Source of the DNA: a virus
Lineage: Duplodnaviria > Caudoviricetes
Length of the DNA stretch: 25,788 nt
Direction: 5' to 3' (one strand)
Virus record (IMG/VR): IMGVR_UViG_3300020045_018756
Location: 1 to 25,788 of that record
The number at the start of each line of letters is the position of its first letter. Position 1 is the first letter of the stretch. Of this stretch, positions 8,156 through 14,839 are shown piece by piece. A model generated the notes under the pieces. It saw only the letters and a program-made list of their open reading frames with translations. It made no database searches and was not told where the DNA came from. Made by a program: the position numbers and the translations under genes.

Positions 8156-9282
8156 CCCTCTCCTCAGGACAACTTCCCTCGGAGATAATGATTATCGCCG
8201 ACGCCCCAGACTGGCACGAGCTCTCCCGGAACGACGCCTTCTCCGATTGGGCAGTCACACAAACCCTAATCCCCGCCTGCAAGGTCCTGGGGACAATCAA
8301 ACATGCCTGTTTCCTCACCTACCTTTTCCCCCGCGCATTGCAAGAAAAAGAAGAACCCAAAACCTTCCTCGCCGAACGCAAAACTTCCCCCGGCGCCGGC
8401 TGGGTTTGGGAAAATGGTTTCTGGCTCAACCCGGAAATTCTTAATCACAAGCGCGAGTTACTTCGGGTCATTGGGGAGGTAAAACCCCGCATTATCATTG
8501 CCACGGGACCTTTGACCCTTTGGGCTTTGGCCGGGGTGAAAGAGTTATCCAAGTGGCGGGGGAGCAGGCTCCAGCCCCCGGGCCTGCCTTGTCCATTGGT
8601 CCCAACTCTCCCCCTCGACAGCCCCAAAACCCAACCCGAAAACCTGGGGATTATCCTCATGGACTTCAATCGGGCGAAGAACATTTACGAGGGCACTCAA
8701 GTCCCCAAGGACTACAAATTCACCATCAAACCCACTTTCAAAGAAGCGGAAACCGCTTTATGTGCTCTATATCAAAAAGCCGAGGAAGGCCCTTTACTCC
8801 TAGCCGGGGACCTAGAAACCCGTTTAGGGCACATTGCTTGTTTTGGAATTGCTTGGAGTGAAACTGAAGCGATCTGTCTGCCAATCCTCCATGTTGGGCA
8901 AGCGGAACCTTTTTATTGGACTGACACCCAAGAAGCTTGGCTTATTGCTATTCTGCAAACTTTGTTTCGCCACCCAAACATAACCTGGACCGGGCAAAAC
9001 TATCTCTACGATTGCCAATACTTTTTCCGCCATTGGGGCTTTCTCCCCATCAAGGTCTTCGACACAATGATCGGGCATCATTCCCTCTACTCCAACATGC
9101 GCAAGGGCCTGGACTTTCTTTCCAGCAAATACGCCCACGACCATGTTTATTGGAAGGATGAAATTAAAGAATGGGACCCGGTCTTCGGGGAACAGCAATA
9201 TTGGACGTATAATTGCAAAGACGCCTGCATTACCTGGGAAATCACCGGGGCCATTAAACAAACTTTGGAGGAAATGTTATGA
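8152..9282 (+). CDS. DNA polymerase A N-terminal part: degenerate family-4 UDG-like domain plus 3'-5' exonuclease
   Basis: UDG-like IMIIADAP...CFLT...VKPRIIIATG..LWAL...KWRGS; ExoI DLET, ExoII QNYLYD, DTM, ExoIII YNCKD. Confidence 0.88.
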   Translation: MTLSSGQLPSEIMIIADAPDWHELSRNDAFSDWAVTQTLIPACKVLGTIKHACFLTYLFPRALQEKEEPKTFLAERKTSPGAGWVWENGFWLNPEILNHKRELLRVIGEVKPRIIIATGPLTLWALAGVKELSKWRGSRLQPPGLPCPLVPTLPLDSPKTQPENLGIILMDFNRAKNIYEGTQVPKDYKFTIKPTFKEAETALCALYQKAEEGPLLLAGDLETRLGHIACFGIAWSETEAICLPILHVGQAEPFYWTDTQEAWLIAILQTLFRHPNITWTGQNYLYDCQYFFRHWGFLPIKVFDTMIGHHSLYSNMRKGLDFLSSKYAHDHVYWKDEIKEWDPVFGEQQYWTYNCKDACITWEITGAIKQTLEEML

Positions 9283-9632
9283 CTGATCGGGAACTTTTGG
9301 AACTCGCGGCGAAAGCTGCGGAGATTGCTCTTGTTTGGTGCGACAAGATTGATTCCGGCATTTGCTATGAGCACATAAGCGATCATCCAAGGCCGCATTG
9401 GGGGCATGCAGAGTACCCGCACCAAGAGTGGAACCCCCTAACCGATGATGGCGACGCTTTTCGTCTAGCTATAAAGCTTGACATGCGAGTCTCCGTAAAT
9501 CAAGTCGATTGGGCTGGAAATGCGTATGTGGGGGCTCTTGTCTTCGATGAGAAAAATGGCCCGGACGCCTACACGGCTACTCGGCGGGCAATCGTTATGG
9601 CAGCGGCGCATATTGGAGGGCAGTTGAAATGA
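9279..9632 (+). CDS. Conserved phage hypothetical protein (MTDRELLELAAKAA...WNPL.DDGDA.RLA family) inserted in polA
   Basis: GGAGG RBS, ATGA overlap and recognisable family motifs. Confidence 0.85.
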   Translation: MTDRELLELAAKAAEIALVWCDKIDSGICYEHISDHPRPHWGHAEYPHQEWNPLTDDGDAFRLAIKLDMRVSVNQVDWAGNAYVGALVFDEKNGPDAYTATRRAIVMAAAHIGGQLK

Positions 9633-9931
9633 GCACAGCACCAGAACTGCCGGCGCTGCCCAGCGTTGGGCCTGTCTGCTACGCCATGAGGGCGGATATC
9701 GAGCTTTACCGCGTACCACGCGTCGGAGCGCATCTCGTGGGCGTGTATGACATCGCCCTATACACCGCAGACCAGATGCTCGCCTACGGCGCCGCCTGTG
9801 CTGCTGCGGAGCGTGAGGCGTGCGCGAAGCTCTGTGAAGAGGGTGAAGAATATTCCGGCACGGACAGTTGGCTAGTAGGGCATGCCACAGCCTGCAAATC
9901 CAAGGCTGCTGCCATCCGCGCAAAAAAATGA
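9629..9931 (+). CDS. Accessory phage protein (LYTADQM.AY / EREACAK modules) inserted in polA
   Basis: GGAGG RBS, ATGA overlaps at both ends, GC-rich. Confidence 0.8.
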   Translation: MSTAPELPALPSVGPVCYAMRADIELYRVPRVGAHLVGVYDIALYTADQMLAYGAACAAAEREACAKLCEEGEEYSGTDSWLVGHATACKSKAAAIRAKK

Positions 9932-11238
9932 CATTTTCCCTCCGCGATCATTTCGAGTTTCAGCAGGCCCTCTTTTTCCCCGTTCTCCGCATGATGAATC
10001 GGGGGATTCGGATTGATGAAAAGCTGAAGGCAGAACTTCGGACGGAAATTGTGAAACTGGCTTTTGAACGACAGGAGCAATTGGATTACATTTGCGGCCA
10101 CAGCCTAAATGTCCGCAGCCCAAAACAACTAATTTCCTTCTTCTACACCGACCTGGGCATTCCGGGGATAAAGAATCTAGCCACGGATTCCCTCACCACA
10201 AACTCCCCGACGATGGCCTTAATCGCCCAGCGGGAGCCCGCCCTAAAGCCCCTGTGCCAGCTAATCGTAGAACTGCGCTCTTTGGGCGTTTTCAAAAGCA
10301 CCTTCATCGACGCCGAGCTAGACACCGACTCCCGCATGCGCTGTTCCTTCGGCATCGCAGCAACCGAGACCAATCGCTTCAATTCCCGTGAAAATGCCTT
10401 CGGAACAGGCATGAACATGATGAACATTCCCTCGGGAGAAAAGGAGAAAATTAAAAGTGAGACCTATGTTAAGCTGCCAAATATTCGTAAGCTTTTCATT
10501 CCGGACCCCGGCTATACCTTCTTCGACATGGATTTGGACCGGGCTGACTTACAGGTTGTTGTTTGGGAAGCAGACGACAAACCATTAAAGCTCGCCCTCC
10601 GCTCCGGCATCGACACACATTGTCTCAACGCCTGCGACATCTTCGACATAAAAGGAATCCCGCCCGATGAGCTTACCGAAACCCATCCGAACTACAAGGA
10701 TAGACGGGGACAAATTGGTGAAAGTCGCCGAGGCAAGGCGAAGGCCGGTGTTCACGCAACTAATTACGGAGTCGGCGATCGCACATTGGCGATGGCTCTC
10801 GGAATCACAGTACAAGAAGCCGCGCAATTCCGGCGGAAATGGTTTGCAGCGCATCCCGGCATCCAGAAGTGGCATACACGCACAACTGAGCAGGTTACCA
10901 AAAGAGGCTATATTGAAAACCGTTTCGGTGCGCGTTTTTATAGGCTCGGTCGTTTTGACCTACCCGAATTTCTGGGCTGGCTCCCGCAGAGCACTGTTGC
11001 CGGTGTTATTAACCGAGCCCTACTCAACATCGACACCGAAGCGCAAGCTGGCCTCACTTCTATCCAGCTTCTTCTCCAAGTCCACGACTCCCTTGCTGGC
11101 CAGTTTCTTTCGAGTAAAAGGGATGAGGAAATTGCCAAGCTCAAAGCCCTTTCTCAAATTGTGGTGCCCTATGAGGACCCATTGATTATTCCTGTAAGTG
11201 TTAAATGTTCCATTCAATCATGGGGGGATTGTTCGTGA
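9928..11238 (+). CDS. polA: DNA polymerase family A, polymerase (thumb/palm/fingers) domain
   Basis: RGIRID, LNVRSPKQL, ETNRFNS, motif A DLDRADLQV, motif B R..AKAGVHATNYG, PQST, motif C QVHDS; ATG at 9928. Confidence 0.95.
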   Translation: MTFSLRDHFEFQQALFFPVLRMMNRGIRIDEKLKAELRTEIVKLAFERQEQLDYICGHSLNVRSPKQLISFFYTDLGIPGIKNLATDSLTTNSPTMALIAQREPALKPLCQLIVELRSLGVFKSTFIDAELDTDSRMRCSFGIAATETNRFNSRENAFGTGMNMMNIPSGEKEKIKSETYVKLPNIRKLFIPDPGYTFFDMDLDRADLQVVVWEADDKPLKLALRSGIDTHCLNACDIFDIKGIPPDELTETHPNYKDRRGQIGESRRGKAKAGVHATNYGVGDRTLAMALGITVQEAAQFRRKWFAAHPGIQKWHTRTTEQVTKRGYIENRFGARFYRLGRFDLPEFLGWLPQSTVAGVINRALLNIDTEAQAGLTSIQLLLQVHDSLAGQFLSSKRDEEIAKLKALSQIVVPYEDPLIIPVSVKCSIQSWGDCS

Positions 11239-11663
11239 GTTCAGCTTATCAATCATGGCACAGTATGAAACGCCGTTGCCTTTGGCCTTGGCATAAGGAT
11301 TATGCCCGTTACGGAGCAAAGGGGATTACAATAGCTGTAGCATGGCATATGTACAGTGTTTTTCTAAAAGACATGGGAGAGCGTCCTCCTGGGACTACTC
11401 TAGGGCGAAGAGACAATGATAAAGGCTACAATAAAGACAACTGTTTTTGGGCTACCTATAGTCAACAGGCGCAAAATAAGAAAAAATTAGATAGAAATAC
11501 CAGCGGATGCACTGGGGTGTCTTGGCAAGCAAAACAAGGAAAATGGCTTGTCTCTCGTAGCAAGGATTATGCTCGAATAACTCTCTATTGGGGTTTGGAT
11601 TTCTTTGAAGCATGCTGTGCCGCTAAAAGTTGGGAAGTTAATGTTATAGGGGACTGCAAATGA
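11235..11663 (+). CDS. HNH-type homing endonuclease with AP2-like C-terminal domain
   Basis: Y.SW.SMK.RC...YGAKGI...W...FLKDMGERP...R.DND.GY...NC.WAT...Q..N, then NTSG.TGVSW...DFFEACC; GTG start overlaps the pol stop; AT-rich. Confidence 0.85.
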   Translation: MSSAYQSWHSMKRRCLWPWHKDYARYGAKGITIAVAWHMYSVFLKDMGERPPGTTLGRRDNDKGYNKDNCFWATYSQQAQNKKKLDRNTSGCTGVSWQAKQGKWLVSRSKDYARITLYWGLDFFEACCAAKSWEVNVIGDCK

Positions 11664-11896
11664 CAACCTACACCCATCTCTGTAATTTCCCTGGCTGCAC
11701 AATTTCCATTGGAAAAAATGCCTGGGCCTGTTCCGCCCACTGGCAACAGTTGGACCCAGTTCTTCGGATTGAGCTATGGAACAATTATCCGAGTCCGATT
11801 GAATATGCCAGAAGCTCAACTAGGATCAAGGAGATTCTGGCCTTAGCCCTGCGGGCGAAGCTAGACTCCGGCCCCAATCAGGAGAATGCGAAATGA
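11660..11896 (+). CDS. Small zinc-finger protein (C-x4-C...C-x2-H)
   Basis: HLCNFPGC...ACSAHWQQL; ATGA overlaps. Confidence 0.7.
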   Translation: MTTYTHLCNFPGCTISIGKNAWACSAHWQQLDPVLRIELWNNYPSPIEYARSSTRIKEILALALRAKLDSGPNQENAK

Positions 11897-12126
11897 ACCT
11901 ATTTTCCGGTTTGAAGGGGGAAGGGCTAGGCAACCAAGCCGAACTCTATTGCCCTTTCTGTAAAACCTGGACCGACATTGGGCCTGAATATAACGACAAA
12001 TCCGAACAACGCTGGAATTGCGGGTTTTGTGGAAAGGGCCCAGAACAATGGGCCCCATTTGAGCATTATCCTGTCGCTTTAGAGGCGTGGAACACTTGGG
12101 TTTTGGAGGAGCGCGGTGTCAAATGA
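11893..12126 (+). CDS. Zinc-ribbon protein, Lar (restriction alleviation)-like
   Basis: CPFC...CGFCGKGP...A.EAWN pattern. Confidence 0.6.
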   Translation: MNLFSGLKGEGLGNQAELYCPFCKTWTDIGPEYNDKSEQRWNCGFCGKGPEQWAPFEHYPVALEAWNTWVLEERGVK

Positions 12127-13324
12127 ACGAGAAATCCCCGATTGGCTATCAGAATTCACCCGAAACTCCGCCTGGGGAGAAGCCCCACAGCACATGTATT
12201 TCTGGGTCGGAGTGGCGACTATTGCTGCAACCCTGCGAAGGCGTGTATGGCTGGACATGGGCACATTCGACTGGTATCCGAATCTTTATACCCTGCTCGT
12301 TGCTCCACCGGGAGTCATTGCCAAAAGCACAACCGCCGATCTTGGATTCACAAGAATCCTTAAAAAGGTTCCTGGAATTAACTTTGGCCCCGCAACCCTC
12401 ACTTGGCAAGCCATCTACGACGCCTTCGTCGAAGTCGGAGTAGAATTTGAAGTCCAGGGCGAACCGGAAATGCACACGGAATTTGCCTTGGCAATCCTGT
12501 CCTCCGAGTTTGGCATCACCCTAAATCCAAAAGACACCGAAATGATCGACCAACTCGTCCACATTTGGGACGGGCGGGAGATGAGAAAAAGAACCAGAAA
12601 AGACGGGGATTTAACGATTGCCACCCCTTGCCTCAACTTAATAGCCTGCACCACCCCTTCATGGATATCTGAAAATGTACCAAAATACCTCATTGGTGGG
12701 GGTCTTACGAGTCGCATGCTTTTCGTTTATGCAGACTCGAAGGTCCAATATATTGCGTATCCAGGGGACGCTATCCCTAAAGACTACAAAGAGCGAAACG
12801 CAAGGCTCATCCGTGACTTGGAGCGAATCTCTAATCTTACCGGAAAGTTCACTCTTACCCCTGATGCAAAAGCTTGGGGAACAGAATGGTACGAGCATTT
12901 CCATAAAGTGGAATCAAAACAAATCGACGCCACAATCCTTGGAGGATATATCGCGAGAAAACAGACCCTGGTACATAAAGTGGCAATGTGCCTGTCCGTC
13001 AGCCTTTCTGACAACCTCGTTATATCCAGAGAAATCCTAGAAAGAGCCGTCAAGCTCATCACCCACCTTGAAGCGGAAATGCCGCTGGTCTATTCCAAAA
13101 TCGGGCAAACTTCCGAAGCTGCTGCTGGGGAGACAATCATCGAATTTCTGAAAAGATACAATGGCACCGTCCCCTTCGCCCTGCTCTATCGTTACATGCA
13201 CAAAAGTTTCCCCAATGTAGAAGAATTTGAAACAATTCTCCGCGGCATGATTGAGGCCGGTTACATCACCATCAACAAAGCCAATCGCACGGTCATCCTT
13301 TTGGAGAAAAAAGATGGCCAATGA
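12116..13324 (+). CDS. DUF3987/YfjI-like P-loop replicative helicase with probable C-terminal winged helix
   Basis: GGAGGAG RBS and GTG start; YPNLY.LLVAPPGVIAKST, SSEFG, WDG, GG.TSR..F motifs. Confidence 0.75.
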   Translation: MSNEREIPDWLSEFTRNSAWGEAPQHMYFWVGVATIAATLRRRVWLDMGTFDWYPNLYTLLVAPPGVIAKSTTADLGFTRILKKVPGINFGPATLTWQAIYDAFVEVGVEFEVQGEPEMHTEFALAILSSEFGITLNPKDTEMIDQLVHIWDGREMRKRTRKDGDLTIATPCLNLIACTTPSWISENVPKYLIGGGLTSRMLFVYADSKVQYIAYPGDAIPKDYKERNARLIRDLERISNLTGKFTLTPDAKAWGTEWYEHFHKVESKQIDATILGGYIARKQTLVHKVAMCLSVSLSDNLVISREILERAVKLITHLEAEMPLVYSKIGQTSEAAAGETIIEFLKRYNGTVPFALLYRYMHKSFPNVEEFETILRGMIEAGYITINKANRTVILLEKKDGQ

Positions 13325-13556
13325 GAAGCTTCAAATGAAAATCTACAATGAGGGCTATTGCTGCCCTTATGGCTATCTTCGCCTTTGCCGGGCCAGAGGG
13401 CAAACCAATGGCAGCATTGCAAAATACCAAAACCTCAGCATTAAAATCATTCAATACAACTATCGAAAAATCCTTTCCGGGGGACATAAATGCCAAAATC
13501 TCCAAGACTGTCTTCTCCACGACATTGAAACAATAGAAAAAGAAAAGGGCCAATGA
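13314..13556 (+). CDS. Small Cys-rich protein with possible helix-turn-helix
   Basis: GGAG RBS, ATG at 13314; CCP...C, G.T...IA...NLS...I...Y, C...C. Confidence 0.6.
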   Translation: MANEKLQMKIYNEGYCCPYGYLRLCRARGQTNGSIAKYQNLSIKIIQYNYRKILSGGHKCQNLQDCLLHDIETIEKEKGQ

Positions 13557-13567
13557 GGCCCTTTTTT
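13543..13567. terminator. Bidirectional intrinsic terminator between the convergent arms
   Basis: AAAAGGGCC-AATGA-GGCCCTTTTTT, with A and T tracts on the two sides. Confidence 0.85.
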
Positions 13568-13590
13568 GTTGCTGGAAAAATCCCTCTTTC

Positions 13591-14070
13591 TCAGGACTTT
13601 CTTCCCTCGAATTGTACTTCAGCCATTCTTGACCGAATAACCCGGCCAAGACAAGCATGCTCGGTGTAAACCAAAACCGAAGTCGCGCCATCTGTCACAG
13701 GCTTCACAACCCAAATCCCGGTGTCAATAATTCCCGCATCGTGCACAATGCCCTGGCTTTGTGCCGCATCAGGCCGGGCTACAGAGGCCATCCCCCGCAC
13801 CCCGGAGGCATCCACGGCATACCCATACATTCGCAATAGCCTACATTCATCCCCTCGATGCTTCTCAATAACAATATGCACCCGCACGTTATCCTCGCCC
13901 CTATCCACAACAGTAGTGGACACTGGCGACACAACAGGATAAGCATCATCGTATAAATCCAAAATTGGCGCAGCCCAATGCGGGGCCATTAGCACAAGCA
14001 TTATGCCCAAACTAAGCCCAATCAACGTACTCCAGGGCATTCGCCAAACAGCCGAAACAACCTTCATCAT
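13591..14070 (-). CDS. Membrane-anchored protein with a soluble beta-rich domain (possibly lysis-related)
   Basis: ATG at 14070 overlaps the upstream stop; N-terminal TM LIGLSLGIMLVLMA; two Cys in the soluble part. Confidence 0.65.
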   Translation of the reverse strand: MMKVVSAVWRMPWSTLIGLSLGIMLVLMAPHWAAPILDLYDDAYPVVSPVSTTVVDRGEDNVRVHIVIEKHRGDECRLLRMYGYAVDASGVRGMASVARPDAAQSQGIVHDAGIIDTGIWVVKPVTDGATSVLVYTEHACLGRVIRSRMAEVQFEGRKS

Positions 14071-14378
14071 TTGAACCGCCCTGACATAACAAACCAAGCA
14101 AGCATCCCCGCAACAGCGGCAGTGATGACGATGTTTATAATTCTTCTCCCCAGCCACTGCGCAACATTTGTCCCGGCGTGCTGCTCCAATTCCTTGTAGC
14201 CTTGCGCCCAAAACTCCGCGCGCAGGTTCTCGTCTGACAAAACCCGACGAAAGGCCCTTTCCACTCCGCTTTCAATCATAGCGGAGAGGGTATTATCCTG
14301 CTGAAGTGCCCTAGCAACCCGCTCTTGCACCCGGCGTTCAATTTCCGCCTCTCGCTGTTCGTCAGACTGCACCAACAT
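14067..14378 (-). CDS. Single-TM protein, possible holin
   Basis: Helical N-terminus and C-terminal TM IINIVITAAVAGMLAWFVM; located at the end of the late operon. Confidence 0.55.
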   Translation of the reverse strand: MLVQSDEQREAEIERRVQERVARALQQDNTLSAMIESGVERAFRRVLSDENLRAEFWAQGYKELEQHAGTNVAQWLGRRIINIVITAAVAGMLAWFVMSGRFK

Positions 14379-14381
14379 ACA

Positions 14382-14828
14382 TCAGGCCGCCGCTCTAGCC
14401 GCTGTGAATAGTGCATCCGCCTGGGCTGTGGTTAGGGTTCCCGGTACCAAGGCACCAAGGTCCGCCCGGGTGAACGTCTGATCCATGCACTGCCAGCGAA
14501 CCTTAAATTCAGTCATCGGCAACGCCGCAATAGCTGCGTCCAAAGCCGTCAGCCTAGCCTGTGCCAAAGCCGCCAGCCGCATTTGCAGCACGGACACTGT
14601 GGGCGCACCGTTTTTCTGCCGCAGAGCAGCGCGCAGCTTTTCGGTGCGCTCAATCAAAGCTGCATCAGCCGCCGCATCCCGATCCCGATTGTCCAAAAAG
14701 GCCCGCAGTTCCCCGGTCGCATTGGGATAATCCATCGCAGCTTCCATGTGATAAATCGTCGTGCCAATGGTAATCAATTCACCATCAACCCCACGAATCG
14801 GGCCTTGCGCTGTCGTCGAAGTTCTCAT
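14382..14828 (-). CDS. Tail-associated or fibre-assembly-like protein
   Basis: AGGAG RBS; VS..Q.RLA...W...F.R...LT..Q.DALF.AA pattern, typical of genes downstream of tail fibres. Confidence 0.6.
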   Translation of the reverse strand: MRTSTTAQGPIRGVDGELITIGTTIYHMEAAMDYPNATGELRAFLDNRDRDAAADAALIERTEKLRAALRQKNGAPTVSVLQMRLAALAQARLTALDAAIAALPMTEFKVRWQCMDQTFTRADLGALVPGTLTTAQADALFTAARAAA

Positions 14829-14839
14829 CGCTTTTCTCC

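Noticed and set aside
9868-9927. Upstream extension of the pol ORF from the track's 9868 start
   Set aside because: It overlaps the passenger gene and encodes non-pol-like sequence; ATG 9928 with an ATGA overlap fits better.
9279-9931. Group I/II intron or split intein explaining the pol interruption
   Set aside because: The insert is entirely filled by two ORFs, leaving no room for a ribozyme core. There is no Cys/Ser-initiated intein N-part at the end of the first half and no HN-[CST] at the start of the second. An Infernal search would be the formal test.
13293-13691. Minus-strand ORF as a nested o-spanin (Rz1-like)
   Set aside because: It has no lipobox cysteine, runs through the terminator and is antisense to a better-supported gene.
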